A stretch of DNA of 64,000 bases, from assembly GCA_963786935.1 (NCBI GenBank), contig CAWBAN010000001.1:160001-224000 (forward strand). Direction: 5' to 3'. The position numbers were made by a program, and so were the translations under genes. This DNA comes from an uncultured bacterium (GTDB taxonomy: Bacteria; Krumholzibacteriota; Krumholzibacteriia; Krumholzibacteriales; Krumholzibacteriaceae). Every line of letters begins with the position of its first letter. Positions within the stretch are counted from its first letter, which is position 1. Below the pieces are notes generated by a model that saw nothing but the letters and a program-made list of their open reading frames with translations, was not told where the DNA came from and made no database searches. Positions 10,162 through 19,640 of the stretch are shown here, in pieces.

Positions 10162-11457
10162 ATGCAGGCAGCCGAAATCGCAACTATCGGAACGCACGTA
10201 GGCCGCGAGGTCCAGCTCAAGGGCTGGGTCTACAACCTCCGGTCCAGCGGCAAGATCCACTTTCTCCTCGTCCGCGACGGCACGGGCGTGATCCAGTGCG
10301 TCGTCGAGAAATCGTCGGCGGGGGAGGAGCTCTTCGCGAAGGCGGGCTCGCTCACGCAGGAATCGTCGATCGAGGTGCGCGGCGTCGTCCGCGAGGACAA
10401 GCGCGCTCCCGGCGGCTACGAGATGAGCGCGACCGGGCTGTCCGTGATCCAGCTCGCCGAGCCCTATCCGATCACGCCGAAGGAGCACGGGACCGATTTC
10501 CTCATGGACAACCGGCACCTGTGGCTGCGGAGCCAGCGGCAGCACGCGATCATGACCATCAGGGCGGGGCTCGTCCGCTTCATCCGCGATTTCTTCGACA
10601 ACCGCGGCTTCGTCAACATGGATACGCCGGTGTTCACGCCGAACGCGTGCGAGGGGACGACGACGCTCTTCGAAACGGAGTATTTCGGCGACACGGCCTA
10701 CCTCACGCAGAGCGGGCAGCTCTACAACGAGGCGACGGCGGCGGCGTTCCGCAAGGTCTACTGCTTCGGGCCGACCTTCCGCGCCGAAAAATCGAAGACG
10801 CGCCGGCACCTCATCGAGTTCTGGATGGTGGAGCCGGAGGTCGCCTTCGCCGGGCTCGACGACATCATCCAGCTCGCCGAGGACTTCATCGTGGAGATCG
10901 TGGGCCGCTCCCTCGAGCGGTACCGGCCGCTCCTCACCGGCGTTCTCGAGCGCGACGTGACGAAGCTCGAGAAGGTGCAGCCGCCGTTCCCGCGGCTCTC
11001 GTACGATGACGCGGCCGCGCTGCTCGTGAAGAAGGGGGCCGCGTTCGAGTGGGGGACCGATTTCGGCGGCACGGACGAGACGATGATCTCGGAGGGCTAC
11101 GACCGTCCCGTTTTCGTGCACCGGTTCCCCGCGGCGATCAAGGCGTTCTACATGCAGCCCGATCCCGCCGACGCCCGGCTGAGCCTCTCGGTCGATCTCC
11201 TCGCCTCCGAAGGGTACGGCGAGGTCATCGGCGGCGGGGAGCGCATCTCCGATCTCGCGCTCCTCGAGAAACGGATCGCCGAGCACGGCCTTCCGAAGAA
11301 GGCCTTCGAATGGTATCTCGACCTGCGGCGGTACGGGTCCTTCCCCCACGCGGGCTTCGGTCTCGGCGTCGAACGGACCCTTTCCTATATATGCGGGCTC
11401 CAGCACGTGCGCGAGACGATACCGTTCCCGCGGCTCCTCAACCGGCTGACGCCGTGA
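10162..11457 (+). CDS. asnS: Asparagine--tRNA ligase
   Basis: OB-fold N-terminus, [51 protein letters not shown]. Confidence 0.97.
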   Translation: MQAAEIATIGTHVGREVQLKGWVYNLRSSGKIHFLLVRDGTGVIQCVVEKSSAGEELFAKAGSLTQESSIEVRGVVREDKRAPGGYEMSATGLSVIQLAEPYPITPKEHGTDFLMDNRHLWLRSQRQHAIMTIRAGLVRFIRDFFDNRGFVNMDTPVFTPNACEGTTTLFETEYFGDTAYLTQSGQLYNEATAAAFRKVYCFGPTFRAEKSKTRRHLIEFWMVEPEVAFAGLDDIIQLAEDFIVEIVGRSLERYRPLLTGVLERDVTKLEKVQPPFPRLSYDDAAALLVKKGAAFEWGTDFGGTDETMISEGYDRPVFVHRFPAAIKAFYMQPDPADARLSLSVDLLASEGYGEVIGGGERISDLALLEKRIAEHGLPKKAFEWYLDLRRYGSFPHAGFGLGVERTLSYICGLQHVRETIPFPRLLNRLTP

Positions 11458-11505
11458 GGGGCGCTCCCCGGCGCGCGCGGGGGCGATTTCGGGAAGACGC
11501 AAGAA

Positions 11506-11534
11506 TTGACTATACAGGGAAGCGCGACTATACT
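11506..11534 (+). promoter_or_regulatory. Putative sigma70 promoter
   Basis: TTGACT, 17 nt spacer, TATACT. Confidence 0.7.
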
Positions 11535-11626
11535 ATTTTTGGGTGAGAGTGGCGGCCGCGGAAGGAGGTTTTCCGCGGACGTCCGACGAGCGACATGACG
11601 GTTCTTCAATCGAGGAGGTACGAAGG

Positions 11627-12202
11627 ATGAAGAGAATGGTAATGGTAGCTTTCGCGCTCCTGCTGCTCGCGGGCTCGGGCTTCGCGCAGCCGTTCCCGGG
11701 GCTTCCCGATACGGCGTACGTGGGTATCTTCAACGACGCGGCCCACACGACGCATCAGGTGAACTACACCGGCGCTCCAGCACCGTTCCAGTACTACATT
11801 TTCTTCCTGCCGAACAAGATGGGCTTCCAAGCTGCCGAGTTCACGCTGAAGCTTCCGGCCAACGTCGTCTCGGTGACGACCCTCGCAAAGGATGCCGCGA
11901 TCACGGTCGAGCTCGGCACGCTCACAGGCGGAATCAGCATCGCCCTTCAGGAAGGGGTGTGCAGAACGGACTGGTTCTACGCCTACAGGCTGCAGAGTCT
12001 TCTGATGAGCAACGTACAGAGCCAGATCACGGTGGAAGATCGTGGCGACGTGAACGGCGTGTGGACCCCATATCAGGTCGCAAGCTGCGAGCCGGGCTAC
12101 CCGATCTACCCGGTGAAACGTTACTGCCACCTCTCCCTGAACTATGACGGCGGCGTCGGCGTCGAGAACACGAGCTGGGGCGCGATCAAGAGCCTCTTCT
12201 AA
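11627..12202 (+). CDS. Secreted hypothetical protein with C-terminal GVENTSWGAIKSLF tail
   Basis: GAGGAGG RBS, Sec signal peptide MKRMVMVAFALLLLAGSGFAQ, own promoter and terminator. Confidence 0.85.
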   Translation: MKRMVMVAFALLLLAGSGFAQPFPGLPDTAYVGIFNDAAHTTHQVNYTGAPAPFQYYIFFLPNKMGFQAAEFTLKLPANVVSVTTLAKDAAITVELGTLTGGISIALQEGVCRTDWFYAYRLQSLLMSNVQSQITVEDRGDVNGVWTPYQVASCEPGYPIYPVKRYCHLSLNYDGGVGVENTSWGAIKSLF

Positions 12203-12226
12203 AGAGGCGGCGGAAAGTCATCTGCG

Positions 12227-12261
12227 AGGGGCCGGTCCGAACGGATCGGCCCCCTTTTTTT
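12227..12261 (+). terminator. Rho-independent terminator
   Basis: GGGGCCGGTCCG-AA-CGGATCGGCCCC hairpin followed by T7. Confidence 0.85.
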
Positions 12262-12315
12262 GTCATGATTCATTGACGGAATCCCGATCCTTCCCGCGAC
12301 CCTGCCAATTCCGTC

Positions 12316-12345
12316 TTGACACAAGTGCCTCCCATGATTTACAAT
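12316..12345 (+). promoter_or_regulatory. Putative sigma70 promoter for first cohesin/dockerin cassette
   Basis: TTGACA, 18 nt spacer, TACAAT. Confidence 0.65.
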
Positions 12346-12614
12346 GATCGCCACTTGCATCTCTAGGGGCACCGTATATAGGACGTGACATCGCGGAGGG
12401 GAACAATCGGAAAGCTTTAGCTTGTTGGGGCTTTTCCTGAGCGGCTCGGGGTCTATCCACATCTGCTGAACAACAAAAGCCGACGACACTTCCCCGCCCT
12501 CTATCTGAAAGGAGGGATGCGGATGAGCGATCGACTCGCCTGAATGTTCGAGGGCGAGGCATGGCCATTTCTATCCCGGTCTCTCTTCGGTCTTTGCATC
12601 ATTTGGAGGGGGCT

Positions 12615-15600
12615 ATGAGAAATTTTGCATCATTCTTGTTGATCGCGGCCCTAGGTCTGCTATGGGCTTCGGCCTTGCCGGCTACGGACCGCTACGTCCC
12701 GGTGCCTTATGCCACGATTCAGGCCGCCATCGCCGCGGCCGATCCGAACGACGTCATCGTCGTGGCGGCGGGGACGCAAATCGAAGACAATATTCTCATC
12801 AATAAGCCGCTCACGATCCAAGGAGGTGGAATCGGGGTAAGCTTCATTGACGCATCGGCATCGATCGCGACGGGAAATGTCGTGAAAATCGACATAACCT
12901 CGGGGGACGTTTTGTTCGATGGTTTTACCATCAAGACCGGCAAGAACCTCAATGGCATCTATGCCAGGTCGGCTTCCTCCGGGTCGACGATCACGATCTC
13001 GCATAACCGTATCGAAGGCTTGACCCTGGGTCATACTCACACTCCTTCGGATCCATTGGACAACTTCGGTCTCATCGCGGGCTACGGCAGCCTCGCATCG
13101 CTCGTTTTCACGTACAACGAGATCGCCGGGTGCGACGCCAACTCCATTCTCCTGGAGCGCCATGTCGGGCCGACCGATGTGAGCTACAACACATTCGACC
13201 GGAATCCGAGGGACACGTCGAGCGACGCCTATTTCAATATGAACTACGGCGGCGCCGATATAACCAGTCTGCAGAAGGTGTCCCACAACACGATCGACAT
13301 GGGAGCGGGGACGACGTTCACGAACGATACCCGCGGAACCGGGATAACCTTCACGAGCTCGTATACCGGTGTGGCGGGGGGATACACGAACATCGAGATC
13401 ACCGACAATACGATCGTCAACCTCAAGCCGTACCGCCGCGGCATCGGGTTCTGGAACAACGCCCCGGCGGGGACGGTCAGCGGCGCGGTCGGCGACATCA
13501 ACGCCCCCGTCGTTTCCGGCAATACCGTCTCGAACGCCTTGGGCTACACCGGGCAGTTCGGTATCCGGCTCCTCGGGCTCGTGACCAACGCGACCGTGAC
13601 GAACAACGACTGCGATGGCGTCGAATATGGTTTCCGGGGGCAGGCTTACAACGGTAACCTTCCCGTCGGGGCCGTGGTGAACGGCAACAGCTTCACCAAC
13701 GTCACGTACTACTCCGACTGGGGCGGCACCGGAACGCTCGATGCCTCCGCCAACTGGTGGGGCTCGAACGTCGCCGCCACTGTTGCGACCAAGGTCAGCG
13801 GCACGGTCGACTACACGCCCTGGCTCGACAAGGCGGACGACACGAGCGGCGACCCTGGATTCCAGGGCGACTTCTCGGCTCTGCGCGTCGGCGCGGCAAG
13901 CCCTCAGGCCGGCTCGAAGGGCCGTGTGCAGGAAGGCGTCGACCTCGTCACGGGAAGCACCGTGTATCTTGGTCCGGGCACTTACGAGGAGCAGGTCGAG
14001 ATTGCGAAGACACTGACCCTCGACGGCGGCGGAGGAGGCGGCGCGATCATCAAGTCGCCGGTGAACCTTACCAAGTCGTTCTTGACACCCTCCGTGAACA
14101 AACCGGTCATCTATATTCATGACGCTGAAGGCGTCGTCGTAAAAGGCCTCACGGTGGATGGCGCGGGACGCGGAAACCTGAATGTCCGGTTCCAGGGCAT
14201 CGCCTTCTGGAACGCCGGCGGGACGGTCGATCACTGCGTCGTCAAGGACATCAAGGACACGCCGTTCAGCGGCGCGCAGCACGGCGTGGGGATCTATTCT
14301 TACAGCACGGGTACCGCTTCGCACGTTGTCAACGTATGGGATTGCGAAGTGTACGGATTCCAGAAGAACGCCATGGCCCTGAACGCAGGCGACACGAACC
14401 CGTTCACGGCGGATGTTCGCAGGAACATCGTGACCGGCGCGGGAGCGACGGGCGTGACGGCACAGAACGGCATCCAGGTGTGGGCACGGATGGGTGGCGG
14501 CACGGTCGCGGGCAACACGATCTCCGGGATCGGCTACTCGGGCACCGGGTGGGTGGCGACGAGCCTCCTGCAGTTCTACGGCGACGTGGACTTCATCGGC
14601 AACACGGTGACGAACGGCCAGCTCGGCATCTACAACAACTACGGTTCGGGGGACATCACCGACAACATGATCACCGTATCGCTGATCGGAAGCTACGCGG
14701 ACGGAATCATCGCTTCGGATCCGGTGAACAAGACGGCCTCCCCGTTCGGCGAGGAATCGTCGGCCGGCGCTCCCGGCACCCGCATGGCGATGGGCGGCAC
14801 CCCCCTCGATGTGAACGTGACCGGCAACACGGTGGCGTTCAGCGGGCCGACGAATACCGGATCATACGGTATCGAGGCCTACGCGGGATATAGCGCGGAG
14901 GATCTCGACGTCGCGATCAACGGCAACGACGTCGCGGGATTCGAGTACGGCATCGTCGTATCCAAGTGCACGTCCGGTTGCGATACGGGCGTATTCACGA
15001 GCCTCGTCGCGCAGTACAACAGCATTACGGGCAATACGGGCTACGGGATGTACTCCGACGTGGACTATCTCGCGACCGACGCCCGGTACAACTGGTGGGG
15101 CGCGGCGTCGGGTCCGTTCCATACGACGCTCAATCCCTCGGGAACCGGGAACCAGGTTTCCGACTACATCCTCTTCGAGCCGTACTTCGGTGCGCCCAAC
15201 GAGGTCGGCGTCGTGCCGCAGTACACACTCACCAACTGTGCGACTCCCAAGACCGTGACCGTCCGCCTCGATCAGGTGGGAATTCCCACCGACGAGGTGC
15301 GCGGCTACGAGATCAAGTTCACGGTGAATGCGGCCGTGGCGACGGCCGGGAGCTTCGTCGAAGGATCCTTCCTCAGCTCGGCGGGTTCGACGACGTTTTA
15401 CGCCCAGAATAACGGGGGCGGCGCCTACACGGTGAGCTGCGCGATCCTCGGCGGCACGGTCGGCGGAAAGAACGGCGGCGATCTCTTCAGCATGACGCTC
15501 ACGCCGGTCGGAGAGGGAACGAGCGCCATCGCCTTCACGGGCATCAAGATCCGCGATCTGAATAACGTTCAGCTCGCGGGAGCAGGCACGGCCGGCTCGA

Positions 15601-17213
15601 TCCGGGTCGACTGCTCGTATCCGACGATGGAAGACATCGTCGAGGCGCAGAACGGCTGGTACAACACGGCGCCGACGTTCTCGAACTTCGGCTTCGATGA
15701 CGACGTGAATCTCGACCTCGCCGAATACAAGATCGATGGCGGCGGCTGGGCCGTGCTATTCACCGGCATCGACAATGTCGAGTGGAACAGCGACGGCTGG
15801 GCGCTCCCCGGCTTCGCCGGTCTGGGCGACGGTTCGCATACCGTCTACTTCCGCGTGAAGGACGACGCGGGCAACTGGAACGGCGAGGGCACATCGCCGC
15901 AGCCGAACCTGTACAGCTGGCAGTTCAACAAGGATATGGCGGCTCCGGCGGCTCCGACGAACTTCGTCGCACTGCCGGGTCACAACAAGGTGCACCTGAC
16001 CTGGACGAACCCGACAGGAGACGCGACCTTCGAGGGTGTCGAGATCAGGGTCGTGGCGTGGGGCGACTATCCCCATTACGCCACACCGGCTCCTTCGTAC
16101 CCGGCCAATTTCGGTGCGGGTCTCCATGTAGCCTTCGCGACCGCGCCGGCTCAAGCGTACGACGATGCTCCGAGAGCGCCGCGCGACATCTATTACTACG
16201 CGGCGTTTTCGAAGGACTTCGCGGGGAACTACTCGTCGACGATCTTGGGCGCTTCGGACCGTTCGACGAGCTACTGGCTGGGTGACGTGACATCCAATGG
16301 CCTTATCGATGTCAATGACCTCGTTCCCTTCTCGGCCACGTTCGGGCTGAGCGAAGGTCATATCAACTTTAACAGCCTGTGCGACTTCGGCCCGACGGAC
16401 GACTGGTCGCGTTTGGGCATTCCGTTGCCCAGCAACACGATCGACTTCGAGGACCTCATGATCTTCTCGATGAACTGGGGCAACGTGACACCCTCCGGCG
16501 TCAGTCCCCCGTTGGCTTCGGGAAAACCGGTCGAGGAGCTCGGAGATCTCGTGGAATTCGAGATCGTTCCGGCCGGCGAGAACGAGGTCTCGATCGTTCT
16601 CAAGAACAAGGCGTCAACCCTGAAGGGCGTACACCTCGTCGTGGACATTTCCGACGGCGAGCTCGTCGCAGTCGAGCGGGGCTCCGTGTTCGGAAGCGTT
16701 CCTCATCTCTTCTTCGGCACGATCCCGTCAACGTCCGGCGACGCCGACATTTGCATGTCGGCCCTCGGCGTTGAAGTGCCGCTCAAGGCCTCGGGCGAGA
16801 TCGCGCGCCTCGTCCTCAAACCGTCGGGCGAGAGCGCGGCGACGGTTCGCATCAAGGCGATCGATCTCAGAAATCTCGACAACGAGAAGGTCGATGTTGT
16901 CGTGAGCGATGAGGTCGAAGCGCCCTTCGTTCCGACGGCGACCGCCCTCATGCAGAACTTCCCGAACCCGTTCAATCCGTCGACGACGATCACCTTCGAC
17001 GTGGCGAAGGCGGGGAACGTGACGATCCAGGTATACGATGTATCGGGACGTCTCGTTGTGGCCCTGCTCAACGCTCACCAGGAGGTCGGGCGTCACCGGG
17101 TCGAGTGGAACGGCAAGAACGCTAACGGGTCGCTCATGCCGAGCGGCATCTATTTCTACCGGATGAGAGCCGCCGGCTACGAAGTGACCAAGAAGATGAT
17201 ACTCGTACGGTAA
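12615..17213 (+). CDS. Large secreted modular protein: 2x right-handed beta-helix, cohesin-like, Ig-like, Fn3, dockerin-like, cohesin-like, FlgD-Ig/T9SS-like CTD
   Basis: Signal peptide; YATIQAAI...V..GT and NWWG...YTPWL beta-helix caps twice; GDVTSNGLIDVNDL...IDFEDL; C-terminal QNFPNPFNPST...SGIYFYRM...KKMILVR; GGAGG RBS. Confidence 0.85.
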   Translation: MRNFASFLLIAALGLLWASALPATDRYVPVPYATIQAAIAAADPNDVIVVAAGTQIEDNILINKPLTIQGGGIGVSFIDASASIATGNVVKIDITSGDVLFDGFTIKTGKNLNGIYARSASSGSTITISHNRIEGLTLGHTHTPSDPLDNFGLIAGYGSLASLVFTYNEIAGCDANSILLERHVGPTDVSYNTFDRNPRDTSSDAYFNMNYGGADITSLQKVSHNTIDMGAGTTFTNDTRGTGITFTSSYTGVAGGYTNIEITDNTIVNLKPYRRGIGFWNNAPAGTVSGAVGDINAPVVSGNTVSNALGYTGQFGIRLLGLVTNATVTNNDCDGVEYGFRGQAYNGNLPVGAVVNGNSFTNVTYYSDWGGTGTLDASANWWGSNVAATVATKVSGTVDYTPWLDKADDTSGDPGFQGDFSALRVGAASPQAGSKGRVQEGVDLVTGSTVYLGPGTYEEQVEIAKTLTLDGGGGGGAIIKSPVNLTKSFLTPSVNKPVIYIHDAEGVVVKGLTVDGAGRGNLNVRFQGIAFWNAGGTVDHCVVKDIKDTPFSGAQHGVGIYSYSTGTASHVVNVWDCEVYGFQKNAMALNAGDTNPFTADVRRNIVTGAGATGVTAQNGIQVWARMGGGTVAGNTISGIGYSGTGWVATSLLQFYGDVDFIGNTVTNGQLGIYNNYGSGDITDNMITVSLIGSYADGIIASDPVNKTASPFGEESSAGAPGTRMAMGGTPLDVNVTGNTVAFSGPTNTGSYGIEAYAGYSAEDLDVAINGNDVAGFEYGIVVSKCTSGCDTGVFTSLVAQYNSITGNTGYGMYSDVDYLATDARYNWWGAASGPFHTTLNPSGTGNQVSDYILFEPYFGAPNEVGVVPQYTLTNCATPKTVTVRLDQVGIPTDEVRGYEIKFTVNAAVATAGSFVEGSFLSSAGSTTFYAQNNGGGAYTVSCAILGGTVGGKNGGDLFSMTLTPVGEGTSAIAFTGIKIRDLNNVQLAGAGTAGSIRVDCSYPTMEDIVEAQNGWYNTAPTFSNFGFDDDVNLDLAEYKIDGGGWAVLFTGIDNVEWNSDGWALPGFAGLGDGSHTVYFRVKDDAGNWNGEGTSPQPNLYSWQFNKDMAAPAAPTNFVALPGHNKVHLTWTNPTGDATFEGVEIRVVAWGDYPHYATPAPSYPANFGAGLHVAFATAPAQAYDDAPRAPRDIYYYAAFSKDFAGNYSSTILGASDRSTSYWLGDVTSNGLIDVNDLVPFSATFGLSEGHINFNSLCDFGPTDDWSRLGIPLPSNTIDFEDLMIFSMNWGNVTPSGVSPPLASGKPVEELGDLVEFEIVPAGENEVSIVLKNKASTLKGVHLVVDISDGELVAVERGSVFGSVPHLFFGTIPSTSGDADICMSALGVEVPLKASGEIARLVLKPSGESAATVRIKAIDLRNLDNEKVDVVVSDEVEAPFVPTATALMQNFPNPFNPSTTITFDVAKAGNVTIQVYDVSGRLVVALLNAHQEVGRHRVEWNGKNANGSLMPSGIYFYRMRAAGYEVTKKMILVR

Positions 17214-17228
17214 TTTGAGGAGATGGGA

Positions 17229-17257
17229 TGCGGGAGGCGCGATTCGCGCCTCCCGCA
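17229..17257 (+). promoter_or_regulatory. Intercistronic stem-loop, copy 1
   Basis: TGCGGGAGGCGCG-ATT-CGCGCCTCCCGCA, perfect 13-bp stem, no T-tract. Confidence 0.8.
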
Positions 17258-17289
17258 GTCCCTGGGCGGTGCCGAAGGAAAGGAGAGAA

Positions 17290-18561
17290 ATGAGGCACAT
17301 CGAAAATTCCACCTCTCGTGCGGTTCGCGTGGGCTCCTTGCTTGTCCTCTGTTTCGGGTGCCTCATTCTGCTCGGAATTGAGGCGAGCGCGAATCCGCTT
17401 GCTCCCGGTGATCCGCTGGTGAGCTTCGAAACGCTCAGGACGCATATGGTTCCCGGCGATCTCTGCACGTTGTCGGTCGTCGTCGACGATGCGGTCGATT
17501 CGCTGAGCTGTATGGACATTTTCATCGCGTTCGACACCTCGCTCGTCGAATGCACGAACGTGTTGGAGGGTGCGCTTTATCAACAGGTGGGCTACCCGTC
17601 CTTTTTCCGGTGGACGCACGTGACGGCCGATACGGTGGACGCCGTCGACTGTTTTCTCGGATATCGAAGCTACTTCATCACTCCGGGAGAGCTCGTGAGC
17701 TTCGTTTTCAGGGCGAAGAAGGTCGGGATCTCCCGCGTCTGTCTTACGCAGGTGCGGCTCTGGGATATCGATCGTGTCGAGCTTTCTCCGGTTACGGGTG
17801 AATGCGCCGTAATCACCAGCAGCACGCCGGTGGTCAGCTTCGAGCCGCTCAGGATGTTGGCCGCTCCGGGCGAACTCTGCACGCTGCAGGTCGTCGTTGA
17901 AGATCCCGTCGATTCGCTCAGCTGTATGGATATCGCCGTTACGTTCGACACCTCGCTCGTCGAATGCACGGGCGCGTTGGAAGGCGCGCTTTACCAGGGC
18001 GTTTCCTCCCCGACCTTCTTTCGGTGGAAGCACGTGTCACCCGATACCGTAGACGCGGTCGACTGCGTCCTCGGCTATCGGAGCTATTTTCTCGCACCCG
18101 GGGAGCTGATGAGCTTCGTTTTCAAAGCGAAGCAGGTCGGAGTCTGTCATGTCTGTTTCTCGGAGGTGCGGCTCTGGGACATCGATCGGTTCGAGCTTTC
18201 TCCGGTCAGGGGTCCATGCGCCGAAATAGACATCAGCGCGCCGACGGGGAATGATCCCGGCATACCCCGGACGAGCTATCTGAACAATTATCCGAATCCG
18301 TTCAATCCATCGACGCGGCTGGTGCTTTTTCTCGCTCCTCCTTCAGACGGGATTACGGCTTCGGCGGCGACGGTGACGATCTACGCGCCCGACGGCAACA
18401 GGATCAGGTCGCTGTACGACGGCACGATGCCGGCGGGAAGAAACGAGCTCTTCTGGGATGGGAGAAACGACCGCGGAAGCTCGGTCGCGGCGGGGGTCTA
18501 CTTCGCCGTCGCGGAAACGAAATGGGACACATTCGTGCGAAAACTGATTCTTGTTCGATAG
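17290..18561 (+). CDS. Secreted protein with two tandem Cys-rich cohesin-like domains and FlgD-Ig/T9SS-like CTD
   Basis: Signal peptide; 138-aa internal repeat (DNA offset 414 nt; starts 17413 and 17827) with FDTSLVEC..V.EG, GELVSFVFRAK..G pattern; NYPNPFNPST...WDGRNDRG...AAGVYF. Confidence 0.8.
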   Translation: MRHIENSTSRAVRVGSLLVLCFGCLILLGIEASANPLAPGDPLVSFETLRTHMVPGDLCTLSVVVDDAVDSLSCMDIFIAFDTSLVECTNVLEGALYQQVGYPSFFRWTHVTADTVDAVDCFLGYRSYFITPGELVSFVFRAKKVGISRVCLTQVRLWDIDRVELSPVTGECAVITSSTPVVSFEPLRMLAAPGELCTLQVVVEDPVDSLSCMDIAVTFDTSLVECTGALEGALYQGVSSPTFFRWKHVSPDTVDAVDCVLGYRSYFLAPGELMSFVFKAKQVGVCHVCFSEVRLWDIDRFELSPVRGPCAEIDISAPTGNDPGIPRTSYLNNYPNPFNPSTRLVLFLAPPSDGITASAATVTIYAPDGNRIRSLYDGTMPAGRNELFWDGRNDRGSSVAAGVYFAVAETKWDTFVRKLILVR

Positions 18562-18602
18562 GCACCGGAAGGGGATAGCGCGCGCTGACGGCAGAATCAA
18601 TC

Positions 18603-19565
18603 ATGCACGCATTATTGACGCATCTTATGTCGGCACTATCGAGGGTCGGATACTACCTTGAGGGCAGCTACACGCACCGGGTTCTCGTGACTGTCGTCGA
18701 TCTGCTGGGTCAGCTCTGGTATTTCTTCGTCGCCGGCATATTCATCTCGTCCGCCATATCGCTTATCTGGAGCCGCGAGTCCGTGGCGGCCTTCTTCCGG
18801 AGATCCTCCCGAGTATCGATCGTCGGCGCCGCGATCGCGGGCATCGTCTCTCCGATGCCCATGTATGCCGCTATTCCTCTCGTCGCGGCGTTGTTTCAAA
18901 TCGGCGTCCCCATACACGTGCTCTTCGCGTTCCTGGTGGCGTCTCCACTGATAAATCCCGTGCTGTTCTTCTTGACGGCGGGAGCGTTCGGCTACGAAAT
19001 GGCGCTGGCGAGAATCGCGGCTGCGCTCGTGCTCGGCGTCACGGCCGGATGGGTGGCATACGTTCTCACCGCTCATAACAAGCTGCGCGATTTTCTGAAC
19101 GCGGGGAGCGCGGGCTCGCTCACCGTGGCGGATGGGCGCCCGCACCCGTCTCTCGGAGCGTATGCGGCGGATTTCGGCCGCGAGGTCTATCACCTCGGCA
19201 GGTGGGCCGGAAAGTACTTTCTCCTCGGCATATTCGCCGCCGCGCTCGCGAAGAATCTCATCCCCGTCGGATGGATAGCCAAATCGTTCGGAGGAAATCA
19301 GACCTTTTCGGTTCTGACGGCGGTCGCGGCCGGCGTGCCGTTGTACGCCTGCGGCGGCGGCACCATCCCGGTCATGAAAACGCTCCAGGATCTGGGCCTG
19401 GACAAAGGAGCGGTGCTGGCCTTTTTCATCAGCGGCCCGGCTACCAAGCTGTCGACGATAGTCGCTCTGAATGCAGCCGTGACGAGGAGGGTCTTCTTCC
19501 TGTATCTCGCGATCACGATGGTCGGGGCGACTGTCTTCGGGCTGCTGTACAACCTATGGCGTTGA
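18603..19565 (+). CDS. Predicted permease (DUF318/ArsP_1-like family)
   Basis: Multi-TM; AFLVASPLINP, GVPLYACGGGTIP, AFFISGPAT motifs. Confidence 0.85.
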   Translation: MHALLTHLMSALSRVGYYLEGSYTHRVLVTVVDLLGQLWYFFVAGIFISSAISLIWSRESVAAFFRRSSRVSIVGAAIAGIVSPMPMYAAIPLVAALFQIGVPIHVLFAFLVASPLINPVLFFLTAGAFGYEMALARIAAALVLGVTAGWVAYVLTAHNKLRDFLNAGSAGSLTVADGRPHPSLGAYAADFGREVYHLGRWAGKYFLLGIFAAALAKNLIPVGWIAKSFGGNQTFSVLTAVAAGVPLYACGGGTIPVMKTLQDLGLDKGAVLAFFISGPATKLSTIVALNAAVTRRVFFLYLAITMVGATVFGLLYNLWR

Positions 19566-19640
19566 TTATGGTGAAAACGGTTATTCGGCGTTACTGGCGT
19601 TCGTCATGCGGTTGCGGCCGCTAGACAGGGGAGGAACGTA

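Noticed and set aside
7938..11009. 1023-aa plus-strand ORF
   Set aside because: Antisense to the TPR gene and out of frame over asnS; no recognisable motifs
17229..17257. Hairpin as intrinsic terminator, CRISPR repeat or IS end
   Set aside because: No T-tract, only two copies 10.5 kb apart, no spacers, cas genes or transposase
19563..19640. Selenocysteine read-through at the permease TGA
   Set aside because: Protein already looks complete; no SECIS-like hairpin or redox motif seen
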